A stretch of DNA of 64,000 bases from an uncultured delta proteobacterium. GTDB lineage: Bacteria; Myxococcota_A; Polyangia; Polyangiales; Polyangiaceae. A program made the position numbers and the translations under genes. Location of the stretch: assembly GCA_963841435.1 (NCBI GenBank), contig CAWJCS010000002.1, positions 992,001 to 1,056,000 on the forward strand. Direction: 5' to 3'. Every line of letters starts with the position of its first letter. Position 1 is the stretch's first letter. The notes below the pieces were generated by a model. The model was not told where the DNA came from. It did not search any database and saw nothing but the letters and a program-made list of their open reading frames with translations. Positions 20,844-30,278 of the stretch are shown piece by piece.

Positions 20844-22889
20844 TCAGGGGGCGGTTGCCGCGGCCGGCGCGGGCAGGCCGGGCGCGGCCGCGCTCGGCCA
20901 TACCTCGACCGCGCCTTTCGGCAGGTCTACCGCGAGAACGGCGCCGTCGGGGTCGGCGGCGAAAGGCAGCCCGAGGCCGTCAGCCGTGATGACGAGCAAG
21001 ACCCGCGTGCCCTCGGCTTTCGTCTCTTCGGGGAGCATGAGCCACGCGGTATCGCGGTTCAGGGCGCTTGCCGCGCTCGGTTCACGGCGGCCCGCGAGGG
21101 CGCGGCGCGCCGTGTTGCGTGCGTCGCGGTCCGGGTCGAGCGCGGCCGCGAGGCCGAGCGTCGCCCGGCGAGCGCGCTCGCAGCGCCGGGCGAGCGCGCT
21201 CACGATGGCTCGCCGCACCCGCGGGTCAACCTCGAAACGATAGGCATCGGCGAGCAATCCCGCGGCGCTCGCAAGGTCGCTTTGCGCGAGCCCGAGGGCG
21301 ACGTGCGCGCGAAGCAGCGGGTCGCCGCTCGCGAGAAGCTCGCGCAGGCGCGGCCTGAGCCTGTCCGAATCCCGCGCCGCGAGGGCTGCGGCAGCAAGAT
21401 ACGCCGCCGCACCCCGGCTCTCGACGAGCGCCGTCAACACGCCTGTGGGAACGCGATCGGCCGCGGCGGGAAGCGCGAGGCACGGCGAGAGCGCCGCGGC
21501 GACGACGGGGTCCGCTTCCACGGCGAGGCGCTCGCAGCTCGCGGGCGCAAGCTCGGGCGAAAGGCTCGCGCGTGCGACGGCGATACGCGCGACGCGGTCG
21601 CCGTGGGCGAGGAGCTCAGCCCCCCGCTCCGGCGCCGTCACGGCCACGGCGAACGCAAAGGCCGCACGATCGGCGGCGGAGCGCGACGCGCGGAGCGACG
21701 CGAGGGCGCGGTCGAGGTGCGGCGTCGTACGGCCGCTCGCAGCGAGGCGCAGCGCTGCCGCGCGCACGGCATTTCGGCGTTGCGCCGGGATCTCGAGCGC
21801 CCGCGCGAGGGTGGCGCCCGCGTCGTCGTCGGCCGAGAGCGCGAGGGCGTAGGCCGCAGCCCAGCCGGACCGCTCGCCTCCCAGCGCCGTCTCGAGCCGG
21901 CGCAGCGCGGGCTCCCCGCCCGAGCGTCCGAGCGCGCCGAGGTAGCGTTCTTCGGCGCCCGGCGGAGGTGCGCCCGCGGCGAGCACGGCGCCGAGGTCGG
22001 AGCGGTGTGCGTCGAGCGCAATCTCGACGGCGCTCTCGGCCGTGGCCGGATCGGCAAAAAGGGTGCGCACGAGCGCCGGCGCCTCCGGTGCGCCCGCGAG
22101 CGCGACGACCCGCGCGCAAGCGACGCGCACGGCCGTGTCGCGGTCGCGCGCGAGCGCGCGAGCGACTCCGAGCGCGCGTTCCGGCTCGACGTTGGCGAGC
22201 GCGGCGAGCGCCTTTGGGCGCAGCGCCGGAGAGCCCCCCCGCGCGACGCTCTCGAGCAGCTCCGCGGCGCCGCGATCGCCGAGCTCACCGAAGAGCTCTA
22301 CGAGCGCTTCGCTCGGCGCGCCGCGCGCATCGAGCAGCGGCGCGATGCTCGACGGCGGGTGCGCGGCGAGCGACAGCCGCGCGGTTTGCGCGGTGCGGCC
22401 CGCCTGGCGCAGCGCCTGGGCGAGAAGCTCGAGGCCGCGCGCGTCGTGCGCGCGGGCGAGCGCGAGCCCCGCCGTGTCGCGCACCAGGGCGTCTTTCGGC
22501 TCATCGCGCGACTGCGCCCCGGCCATCGCGCGGATGAGGGCGCTCTTCGCCAGCTCTTCGCCGGCGCGTGGTGCAAGCGCGCGCACGGCGGCGAGCCGTT
22601 CGCGCGCGTTGCGTGCCTCGCCATCGGGGCCGAGCGCGTGGGCGAGCAAACCGACCGCCGCGCTGCGGTTCGTGGTGCCGAGCCGCTCGAAGGCGCGGAC
22701 CCTGAGCTCGCTCGCCTCGGCCCGCAAGAGCGGCCGCGCCGCGTCAACACCGACGCGCGCTCGGAGGGAGCGACCCCCCGTGCCGCCGTCGCCCCACGCC
22801 CGTAAGGCGACGAGCACGGGCGCGAGCATGACGAGCGATGTTGTCGCACGCCGCGCGAGGCGGTTCCGTCGCGCCGATTTCTCCGTCAC
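20844..22889 (-). CDS. Exported HEAT-repeat protein
   Basis: GTG overlaps the upstream TGA; N-terminal hydrophobic segment; repeats such as DTAVRVACARVV, DPLLRAHVALGL, DPRVRRAIVSAL, DRDARNTARRAL. Confidence 0.75.
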   Translation of the reverse strand: MTEKSARRNRLARRATTSLVMLAPVLVALRAWGDGGTGGRSLRARVGVDAARPLLRAEASELRVRAFERLGTTNRSAAVGLLAHALGPDGEARNARERLAAVRALAPRAGEELAKSALIRAMAGAQSRDEPKDALVRDTAGLALARAHDARGLELLAQALRQAGRTAQTARLSLAAHPPSSIAPLLDARGAPSEALVELFGELGDRGAAELLESVARGGSPALRPKALAALANVEPERALGVARALARDRDTAVRVACARVVALAGAPEAPALVRTLFADPATAESAVEIALDAHRSDLGAVLAAGAPPPGAEERYLGALGRSGGEPALRRLETALGGERSGWAAAYALALSADDDAGATLARALEIPAQRRNAVRAAALRLAASGRTTPHLDRALASLRASRSAADRAAFAFAVAVTAPERGAELLAHGDRVARIAVARASLSPELAPASCERLAVEADPVVAAALSPCLALPAAADRVPTGVLTALVESRGAAAYLAAAALAARDSDRLRPRLRELLASGDPLLRAHVALGLAQSDLASAAGLLADAYRFEVDPRVRRAIVSALARRCERARRATLGLAAALDPDRDARNTARRALAGRREPSAASALNRDTAWLMLPEETKAEGTRVLLVITADGLGLPFAADPDGAVLAVDLPKGAVEVWPSAAAPGLPAPAAATAP

Positions 22890-25027
22890 GGCGCCTTTTT
22901 CCCCGCGCGCTTCGGTTTGCCCGTCGTGGCGTTCGTCGGCGTGGCGCTCGTCGGCGTGGCGCTCGTCGGCGTGGCGTTCGTCGGCGTGGCGTTCGTCGGC
23001 GTGGCGCTCGTCGGCGTGGCGCTCGTCGGCGTGGCGCTCGTCGGCGTGGCGCTCGTCGGCGTGGCGCTCGTCGGCGTGGCGTTCGGCACGGCTCGCGCTT
23101 CGGGCGGGACGAGGACGAGAAAGCCGATGCCGCCCGCGTCGTGGGCGAGGTGCGCGCGCACGATCGCCGACCAGCCAATCGTCTCGGCGGCGTCGTCGCG
23201 ATGCGTGAGGCTTCGCAGCGCATCCACGATCGCGAACGAGCGCGTCAGCGCTTCCTGCTGCCGAGCCGCGCTGGTCCCCAGCGGGCGCACGCCGACCATC
23301 AGCACCATGCCGGGGTTTTGATTCGAAAGCTCGGCGAGCGCACGCAGCAGCGCCTGGGAGCCAGCCGCCACGCTCACGCCGCCCTGATCGGGCTCGAAAC
23401 CGAGGCGACCGTGGAGCGTGAGCTCGAAATGGCTCGCCTCGCCGCTGCCCACCCGCTCGAGCCTCACGAGCGGGGTCCCCGCCGGCGCGCCCATCCCCGC
23501 GTCCGGGTCGGGGCACCCGTCGTCGTCGTCGACGCCGTCGTAGTCCTCGGCGTCCTCGGGGCAGCGGTCTTGGTCGCCCTCGAGCGCGTCGCCGTCGAGG
23601 TCGGGGCTCGGGCAGCCGTCGAGCGCCGGGTCGGAGCGCCGGGGGCCGGCCGCGCGAGGGCAGGGGTCCACCGTGTCGCGCAGGCCGTCGTGGTCGTCGT
23701 CGAGATCGGGGCAACCGTCGTCATCCTGAAAGCCGTCGCGATCCTCCGCGCGGGTGGGACAGCGGTCGCGCGGGTCGGGGATCCCGTCCATGTCGCGGTC
23801 GCGGGCCGGGCACCCGTTGCGTTTCGGATCGGGATCGCTCGGGCCGGGCTCGCGCGGGCATGCGTCGCGCACGTCGGGTGTGCCGTCGCCGTCGTCGTCG
23901 GGATCGGCGCAACCGTCGTCGTCTTCGAAGCCATCGAGGTCCTCGACGCTGTCGGGGCAGCGGTCCGTCGCGTCCGGGATGCCGTCAGCGTCGTTGTCGA
24001 TTTCGGGGCACCCGTCCTGGTCCTCGAAGCCATCGCGATCCTCGGGCCGGTCGATGCAGGCATCGTGGTCGTCGTCCAATCCGTCGCCGTCGGTGTCGCG
24101 CGTCCGCGGCGCGTAGCCGAACAGAACGAACGTGCGCAGGCTAGGAAGCCCCTGAGCGCCGTCGAGCGGCAGCTCCGCGCCCAGGACGCCGTACGCGTTG
24201 CCGAACGTGCGCCGGGCGGCGAGTGCGAGCGCGGCGGGCGACCCTGAAAGCGCGGCGAACTTCGGCGTGAGAGCGACGGCGCCGTGCGCTTCGAGCGCGA
24301 CGAGGTAGCGCCCCGACCGATCCAGCCCGAACGTTTGCGGCTTGAGCAAGAGACCGAGCCCCCACGGCAGGTCGTGTCCGAACGTGTCGCGCGACAGCGT
24401 GTGCTCCTCGCCGCGCAGGCGCGCGCCCGCCGTGCCGCGCACGATCGAGCCGAGCACGCCGAGCTCGCCGAGCAGCCGCACCTCGCTCCGGAGCGCGTTT
24501 TCGGCTGCGTAGGAGCGCGGGTTGCCCGTCGGCAGCGTCAGGCGACCGAGCACCGCGAGCCCGAAGCTCGTGCCGGGCTCGCGTGCGACCAGCGTTGCGC
24601 GGGCATCGACGGCGACGTCGCCGAGCGCGGCCGGGGGCGCGTCGTCGAGCGCGAGCGCTTCTGGGGGTGAGTCACCGTGCTGGTAGACCACGGTCGGCAC
24701 GTCGAGGCCGAGGGCGAGGCGATCACCGAGGCCGATCGAGCCCGTGAGGTCGAGCGAGAGCTGGTGGCGGACGGGGACCGTCTCGCGGCCGGTCAACGGG
24801 TCGGCGATCACCACGGGGCGATACCCGTAGGAGACCTCCAAGCCGAGGTTCCATTCGCCGTCGCTCGGCGACGTTGTGGGCTCCAGGTACACGAGCGCCT
24901 CGGGGTGTGTCGGCGGCTGGAATCCCCGCAGATCGAGCGCGGGCACCGGCTCGGCCCCCAGGTCCGGGCAGAGCGCCGTCAGCACGGCGAACGCGCCCAG
25001 CGAAACGCCACGGGTCAGCCTGCGCAC
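22886..25027 (-). CDS. TraB-like OM protein: beta-barrel + thrombospondin type-3 repeats + degenerate OmpA-like domain + Thr/Pro repeat tail
   Basis: Signal peptide, barrel-like strands, about 8 D-x-D-x-D-G-I-P-D..C / EDxDGFxDxDGCPD repeats. The start is uncertain (25027 or 25078). Confidence 0.8.
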   Translation of the reverse strand: MRRLTRGVSLGAFAVLTALCPDLGAEPVPALDLRGFQPPTHPEALVYLEPTTSPSDGEWNLGLEVSYGYRPVVIADPLTGRETVPVRHQLSLDLTGSIGLGDRLALGLDVPTVVYQHGDSPPEALALDDAPPAALGDVAVDARATLVAREPGTSFGLAVLGRLTLPTGNPRSYAAENALRSEVRLLGELGVLGSIVRGTAGARLRGEEHTLSRDTFGHDLPWGLGLLLKPQTFGLDRSGRYLVALEAHGAVALTPKFAALSGSPAALALAARRTFGNAYGVLGAELPLDGAQGLPSLRTFVLFGYAPRTRDTDGDGLDDDHDACIDRPEDRDGFEDQDGCPEIDNDADGIPDATDRCPDSVEDLDGFEDDDGCADPDDDGDGTPDVRDACPREPGPSDPDPKRNGCPARDRDMDGIPDPRDRCPTRAEDRDGFQDDDGCPDLDDDHDGLRDTVDPCPRAAGPRRSDPALDGCPSPDLDGDALEGDQDRCPEDAEDYDGVDDDDGCPDPDAGMGAPAGTPLVRLERVGSGEASHFELTLHGRLGFEPDQGGVSVAAGSQALLRALAELSNQNPGMVLMVGVRPLGTSAARQQEALTRSFAIVDALRSLTHRDDAAETIGWSAIVRAHLAHDAGGIGFLVLVPPEARAVPNATPTSATPTSATPTSATPTSATPTSATPTNATPTNATPTSATPTSATPTNATTGKPKRAGKKAP
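22926..23087. repeat. 15-bp coding tandem repeat, ~10.7 copies, encoding (ATPT[S/N])n
   Basis: Unit GTGGCG(C/T)TCGTCGGC read directly from the sequence. Confidence 0.97.
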
Positions 25028-25087
25028 TCTTCGGAGCCTAACACCCTCTTGCCGGCTCGCCCGGGTCGTGCGCTTCATTCGGGGTCC

Positions 25088-26362
25088 ATGGATGCCATTC
25101 GCGTGCGCGGCGCCCGCCGACTCGAGGGGACGATCCGCGTCGGCGGCGCCAAGAACGCCGCGCTGCCGATCCTGTGCGCCACGTTGCTCTCCGACGGCGA
25201 GAGCCTGCTGCGCAACGTGCCGGGTCTGCGCGACATCGACACGACCGCGGCACTGCTCGCGGTGCTCGGCCGCGATGTCACGACTGCCATTCCCGAGGTG
25301 CGCGTGCACGCGGCATCGCGGCCCGTCGTGCCCGAGGCCCCGTACGAGCTCGTCCGTCAGATGCGCGCGAGCGTGCTCGTGCTAGGCCCGCTCGTCGCGC
25401 GCTACGGACGCGCCAAAGTGTCGCTGCCCGGCGGTTGCGCCATCGGCGCGCGGCCCGTGGATCAGCATCTGCTCGGGCTCGAAGCGCTCGGCGCGCGCAT
25501 CGAGGTGGCGCACGGTTTCGTCGTCGCGCAGGCGCCGTCGCGGCTCAAGGGCGCCGAGATCGTGTTCGACATTCCCACCGTGACGGGCACGGAAAACCTG
25601 ATGATGGCGGCCGCGCTCGCCAAGGGCCGGTCCACGCTCGTGAACTGCGCCCGTGAGCCGGAGGTGGAGGAGCTCGGCCGCGTACTCAACAAGATGGGCG
25701 CCAAGGTGGAGGGTGCGGGCACCTCGATCATCCACATCCAGGGCGCCGACGAGCTCGAGCCGTTCGACCACGCCATCATCGCCGATCGCATCGAGGCCGG
25801 CACGTTCATGGCCGCGGTCGGCGCCGCCGGGGGCAACGTGCTGCTCGAGCACGCGCCGCTCGACGATCTCGAGCCCGTGATCGTCAAGCTGCGCCGCGTC
25901 GGCCTCACCATCGAGCGCGAGGGCGACCACGCGCGCGTCGCTCGCCTCGGCCCGCTCCACGCGAGCGACGTCACGACGGCGCCGCACCCCGGTTTCCCGA
26001 CGGACATGCAGGCACAATTCATGGCGCTCATGTGCGTTGCGTCGGGGCGCAGCGTGATCACGGAGACCGTGTTCGAGAATCGCTTCATGCACGTCCCGGA
26101 GCTCGGTCGGATGGGCGCTCACATCGAGACCCGCAACAACACCGCCATCATCGAAGGCGTGCCGCGCCTTTCGGGCGCGTCGGTCATGGCCACGGACCTC
26201 AGGGCGAGCGCCTCGCTCGTCGTCGCCGGGCTCGTCGCCGAGGGCGAAACCATCGTGCGCCGCGTGTATCACCTCGATCGCGGCTACGAAGCCATCGAGA
26301 AAAAGCTCGCCGGCGTCGGCGCCGACGTGACGCGCGTGCAGCTCGAGGGCGAGCCTCCCTGA
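25088..26362 (+). CDS. murA: UDP-N-acetylglucosamine 1-carboxyvinyltransferase
   Basis: Motifs [34 protein letters not shown] (Cys-type active site), [26 protein letters not shown]. Confidence 0.98.
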   Translation: MDAIRVRGARRLEGTIRVGGAKNAALPILCATLLSDGESLLRNVPGLRDIDTTAALLAVLGRDVTTAIPEVRVHAASRPVVPEAPYELVRQMRASVLVLGPLVARYGRAKVSLPGGCAIGARPVDQHLLGLEALGARIEVAHGFVVAQAPSRLKGAEIVFDIPTVTGTENLMMAAALAKGRSTLVNCAREPEVEELGRVLNKMGAKVEGAGTSIIHIQGADELEPFDHAIIADRIEAGTFMAAVGAAGGNVLLEHAPLDDLEPVIVKLRRVGLTIEREGDHARVARLGPLHASDVTTAPHPGFPTDMQAQFMALMCVASGRSVITETVFENRFMHVPELGRMGAHIETRNNTAIIEGVPRLSGASVMATDLRASASLVVAGLVAEGETIVRRVYHLDRGYEAIEKKLAGVGADVTRVQLEGEPP

Positions 26363-26375
26363 GGATCGACTCGCG

Positions 26376-27215
26376 CTATCTCGGGCCGGCGTCGATGCAG
26401 CGGCCGCCGTTGCTGCCCATCGGGTTGCACGCGCCCATGCCGGGGTTGACGCAGAGGATCGCGGGGCAGACGAACGAGCACATCGCCGCTTGCCCCTCCT
26501 TTTCGAGGCGAGCGAGCGTCGCGAGGGCTTCTTCGTTCAGGACGTTCGCGAACGTCGGGCAGCCGCAGAAGAGCGAGCTCGAGACCAGCTCGGTACACTG
26601 GGCCGCGTCGAGCTTGGGATCGCAGAGGCTCGCCGCGTCGAGCGCCTTCGCATAGTCCTGGCTCAAGGTGGAGCAGTCCGCACCGCTCGAACCCCCGCGC
26701 CCGCCGTTCGACGTGCCTGCGGTGCCGCCCTGAGCGCCGCCCGCGCCGCCGCCGCCCGTGGCGCCCGCGCTGCCGCCCATGCCCCCGGCGCTGCCACCCG
26801 AACCGCCCGCGCTGCCACCCGTGCCCCCGGCGCTGCCACCCGAACCGCCCGCGCCGCCGCCGCCGGTCGCGCCGTCGCCGCCGGTCGCGCCATCGCCGCC
26901 GGTCGCGCCATCGCCGCCGGTTGCACCATCGCCACCCGTTGCACCGTCGCCGCCGGTTGTGCCGCCCGCGGCCGAGTTGCCACCCGTGCCGCTGCCAGCC
27001 GAACCGCCCGCTGCCGATCCGCCGCCCGTGCTCGAGCCGCCGGTCGCTGCGCCAGAGCTGCCGCCTTTCGACCCGCCGGATCCGCCGGACGAGCCGCCCA
27101 TCGCGCCCGAGCCGCCCGTGCCGGGCGCTTCGAACAGGTCGGCGCCGCCGCCGCTCCCGCACCCGACGACGATCAGCGCGACGGTGAAGGCAAGCGAGTG
27201 GCTTTGTCCCGCCAT
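26376..27215 (-). CDS. Gly-rich lipoprotein with C-terminal Cys-rich domain
   Basis: Lipobox IVVGC, long G/S/T/A linker, 10-Cys C-terminal domain. Confidence 0.75.
   Translation of the reverse strand: MAGQSHSLAFTVALIVVGCGSGGGADLFEAPGTGGSGAMGGSSGGSGGSKGGSSGAATGGSSTGGGSAAGGSAGSGTGGNSAAGGTTGGDGATGGDGATGGDGATGGDGATGGDGATGGGGAGGSGGSAGGTGGSAGGSGGSAGGMGGSAGATGGGGAGGAQGGTAGTSNGGRGGSSGADCSTLSQDYAKALDAASLCDPKLDAAQCTELVSSSLFCGCPTFANVLNEEALATLARLEKEGQAAMCSFVCPAILCVNPGMGACNPMGSNGGRCIDAGPR
26860..26958. repeat. 18-bp coding repeat (GGDGAT x5)
   Basis: Degenerate ccggtcgcgccatcgccg units. Confidence 0.85.
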
Positions 27216-27282
27216 GACCCCTAATTCTACCCCGGGGCTCGCCAAGCGGCTAGGCTCCGCGCCCCAAGCCCCGGAATCATTG

Positions 27283-27912
27283 GTGGTAACTCGACCCCTC
27301 ACCATCGCCATCCCCAAGGGTCGCGTCACGCGCGCCCTCTCGCCGCTCTTCGTTCGCGCCGGAATCGATCCCGCGCCGCTGCTGCTCGACGACCGGCGCC
27401 TCGTGCGACAGAGCGAGGACGGGAGCCTCCGCTTTCTCCTGCTAAAGCCCGACGACGTCCCGACGTACGTCGAGTACGGCGCCGCGGAGCTCGGCATCAG
27501 CGGTCGCGACGTGCTCGGCGAACGCGGCTACGATCTCTTCCAACCCGTTGACCTCGGCATCGGGCGCTGCCGCATGGTCGTTGCCGGTCAGCCCGATCAC
27601 GTCGTGCCGGCGTTGCCACGCGTCGCCACGAAGTACCCGCGCACCGCGGCGGCGCACTTCGCCGCGCGTGGCGTGCAGGCCGAGGTCATCTACGTGCAGG
27701 GCTCCGTCGAGCTCGCGCCGCTCGTGGGGCTCGCCGACCTGATCGTCGATCTGGTGGAATCCGGCGCCACGCTACGCGACAACGGGCTCGTCGAGCACGA
27801 GACGATCTCGGAGATCTCGAGCGTGCTCGTGGTAAATCCGTCGCTTTACAAGCTCTATCACGAGACAATCGCGCCGCTCGTCACGCGCCTTCGCGACGCC
27901 GCGCGCGGCTGA
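27283..27912 (+). CDS. hisG: ATP phosphoribosyltransferase, short form
   Basis: Motifs LTIAIPKGRV, KPDDVPTYVEYGAAELGISGRDVL, RVATKYP, GSVELAPLVGLADLIVDLVESGATLRDNGL. About 210 aa with no C-terminal regulatory domain. Confidence 0.95.
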   Translation: MVTRPLTIAIPKGRVTRALSPLFVRAGIDPAPLLLDDRRLVRQSEDGSLRFLLLKPDDVPTYVEYGAAELGISGRDVLGERGYDLFQPVDLGIGRCRMVVAGQPDHVVPALPRVATKYPRTAAAHFAARGVQAEVIYVQGSVELAPLVGLADLIVDLVESGATLRDNGLVEHETISEISSVLVVNPSLYKLYHETIAPLVTRLRDAARG

Positions 27913-27981
27913 CCCTCGGAGGATCGCGCGCGGCGTCTTCGCCCCGCACGCCGGGGCACGGGCACGCGCGTGCGGGACGGC

Positions 27982-28617
27982 TCAGGGCGCGTCGAGCACG
28001 GCGCGCGCCTGGATCTTGCGGAGCCCCTTCGGCCCGATGCCTTTGAGTCGCAAGAGGTCGCTCGTGCGCTTGAAGCGCCCGCCGAGCCGCGTGCGGAGCT
28101 CGACGATGGCGAGCGCGCGCTTCTTGCCGATGCCGGGCAGGGTTCGAAGCTCGTCGGCGTTGGCCCGATTGAGGATGACCTTGCCGTCGGCCGTGATGCC
28201 CGACGGCGCGTCGGGGGCGCCCGCGTCCGGGGTGGCTTGTTCCGGCGTGCCGCCCGTCTGCGCGCCTTTTGCACGCGAGGGCGGCTCGTTTCCTGCGCCC
28301 AGCGCGGCGCCCGCTGCGAGCCCAGCCGTCGAAATCGGTGCCGCGGGCGCGGAGGCCTTCGGCGCGGCGACCCCCGAGCCCCGCGCGATCGAAGAGGCGC
28401 CGATCGCCGCGAGCGCGAGCATCCCGGCGCCGATGCCGAGCGCCTTGAGCAGCACGGGCGCCCACACGCCGTCGCCAACGGCGCCGCGCCGCTTCGGCGC
28501 GCCGGGCGCGACGGGAGTCGTGGTTCGACCCCCGCCGCGCGACGCGCGCGAGAACGCTCGTTTCGATCCGTCTAGAGGGCGCTCGAGAGCGCCGTAGGTT
28601 CGTTCGATCGAGGACAT
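27982..28617 (-). CDS. comEA: ComEA family DNA-binding protein (TM anchor + helix-hairpin-helix)
   Basis: KVILNRANADELRTLPGIGKKRALAIVELR...F...DLLRLKGIGPKGLRKI, preceded by a TM segment and an Ala/Pro linker. Confidence 0.85.
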   Translation of the reverse strand: MSSIERTYGALERPLDGSKRAFSRASRGGGRTTTPVAPGAPKRRGAVGDGVWAPVLLKALGIGAGMLALAAIGASSIARGSGVAAPKASAPAAPISTAGLAAGAALGAGNEPPSRAKGAQTGGTPEQATPDAGAPDAPSGITADGKVILNRANADELRTLPGIGKKRALAIVELRTRLGGRFKRTSDLLRLKGIGPKGLRKIQARAVLDAP

Positions 28618-28635
28618 CCTCGCTCCCGCTTCCGC

Positions 28636-28884
28636 TCACGCGGTCTCCGCGAAATCTTCTTCCACTTGCGGGTTGCCGTTCTTCTTGCCGAGCAGCGTCG
28701 GGCCCTGGCCCTCCTCGCGCGGCACGTAGTCGCGCACGTGAATCTCGCCGCTCACGGGCACCGCCTCGAGCTTGACGTTGATCGAGCCGTCGCGGTTGAC
28801 GAACGCGACGCCGATTCGCGTCCAGTACTTGTGGGTGCCACGCTGCGTGACCACGTAGGCAATCTTCATCTTCGCTTGATCCAT
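28636..28884 (-). CDS. Small hypothetical protein (82 aa), possible ssDNA-binding
   Basis: AAGGAG RBS and strong codon bias; YWTRIGVAFVNRDGSINVKLEAVPVSGEIHVR with an acidic tail EEDFAETA. Confidence 0.8.
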   Translation of the reverse strand: MDQAKMKIAYVVTQRGTHKYWTRIGVAFVNRDGSINVKLEAVPVSGEIHVRDYVPREEGQGPTLLGKKNGNPQVEEDFAETA

Positions 28885-28936
28885 GTCGGTTCTCCTTGTC
28901 GTTTGCCCGCGAGCTGCGGGCGCGAAGAGCCGGCAA

Positions 28937-28952
28937 TGCGAGACGCGTGCCA
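28937..28952 (-). promoter_or_regulatory. Sigma54 promoter candidate for the small-protein/comEA operon
   Basis: TGGCAC-GCGTC-TCGCA with exact -24/-12 spacing. Confidence 0.6.
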
Positions 28953-29118
28953 GGGCCTGCTCGGGCGTCGCAGCGGGGAGAAAGCGGTCGCGCCGAGCGG
29001 GAATGGTGCCGCGCCGCGCCTGGCGGGCGCCACGGCGGCCGCCGCTTTCAACCGTTCTGGAAGTGCGCCGCGCGGGGGGTCAAACTGTGACGTCGCCCGT
29101 ACCATCTGTGGAGCCCCG

Positions 29119-29889
29119 GTGCGCCGCCTGACTGCCTTCTCGTCCACGAGCCTCCGATGGCTCGCCAGCTTGTCGCTCGCGGCGTGCGCTAGCGGGCCGC
29201 CCCCCGCGCCGTCGGCGCCGCCACCTCCCGAGACGCCGCCGTCTCCCGAGAGCGTCACGCAGAAGGAGCCGGGCGGAGACGCGAAGAACCCGCACCGCGC
29301 CGCGCTCGAGCGGTTGCTCGCTTCGCCCTGGGGCGCGAGAAGCGACAAGGGCGAGCAGATCCTCGCGCCGTTGCCGGACTGGGAGAACTGGAAGCGCGTG
29401 CGCTTCTGGGGCTTCGAGCACGTGGCCGGCTTCCGCTACGGTCAGGACTATCACGCGGTCGGCGTGGCGCGCGTGCAGGAGCTGCCCGCGGGAGTGCCGG
29501 CGCGCAGCAGCACCTGCCTGAACGCGGCCGAAGCGTGGGTGCGCCCGCAGCTCCAGGGCTTCGACGTGAAGCTCGGCGCGATTGAGCCGAAGCTCATGCG
29601 CTGGCACGACCAGGTGCTCGAGGTGCACACGATGGACGGCTGGGTCGGCTGGGGCGTCGGCAGCGCGGACTTCTCGGCTGCCTGGACCGCGTACCCTGCG
29701 TACCCCGGCGCGTGCCTCGTCTATGGCATCGCGGTTCCCTGGCGCGGTCAGAAGGACGTCGCGATGCACGTCCGGGATCGCTTCGTGAGCGAGGGCTTCT
29801 TGCTGCTCCAAGCGCTCACCGAGGACAAGCCCAAGCCTTGGCAACCGCCCGGCGAGGCGCCCTCGGCGGCAGCGCCACCACCTCGCTGA
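29119..29889 (+). CDS. Hypothetical lipoprotein
   Basis: Lipobox LAAC, Pro-rich linker, Trp-rich globular domain. Confidence 0.7.
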   Translation: MRRLTAFSSTSLRWLASLSLAACASGPPPAPSAPPPPETPPSPESVTQKEPGGDAKNPHRAALERLLASPWGARSDKGEQILAPLPDWENWKRVRFWGFEHVAGFRYGQDYHAVGVARVQELPAGVPARSSTCLNAAEAWVRPQLQGFDVKLGAIEPKLMRWHDQVLEVHTMDGWVGWGVGSADFSAAWTAYPAYPGACLVYGIAVPWRGQKDVAMHVRDRFVSEGFLLLQALTEDKPKPWQPPGEAPSAAAPPPR

Positions 29890-29920
29890 ACGAGCGAGGT
29901 GCCGCGCGTCGTTGCGCGGC

Positions 29921-30166
29921 TCAGCTCCGGGCCGACACGGCGAGCGCCAGGATGTAGACGAAAAGCGCGCCGAGCCAAGCAGCCGACAGGACGCGCCGCT
30001 TGCCCACGAACCCCCAGTACGGTGCGAGCGGCGGGACGAAGAGGGCGATGAGCGCGCGGTAGCGCGGGCGCTTGGCGCCGATCGCCAAGCAGAGCAGGAA
30101 GTGGGTCGTGACGAGCAGCCCGAAGGCCAAGCTCGACAGCGCGACGAGCGCGACATCCTTCGCCAC
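29921..30166 (-). CDS. Small membrane protein (2-3 TM)
   Basis: Hydrophobic 81-aa ORF with a VPPLAPYWG motif. Confidence 0.6.
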   Translation of the reverse strand: MAKDVALVALSSLAFGLLVTTHFLLCLAIGAKRPRYRALIALFVPPLAPYWGFVGKRRVLSAAWLGALFVYILALAVSARS

Positions 30167-30278
30167 GGAGGTTTCGAATAGCAGAAAGCCCGGGGCGACG
30201 CGGTTTCGTCGAACAAGGGCCGGACGGCCGGGCCCCGGTGGACGGCCTACCGGGATCGCGTAGACTCCTTGCCTTGCC

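Noticed and set aside
22926-23087. (HADER)n His-rich repeat in the 956-aa ORF, or a CRISPR-like array
   Set aside because: Alternative frame of the ATPTS coding repeat. The units are contiguous with no spacers, and no cas genes are present.
26758-27282. Pro-rich N-terminal extension on HisG
   Set aside because: It is the antisense of the Gly-rich lipoprotein. HisG similarity starts at ~27283.
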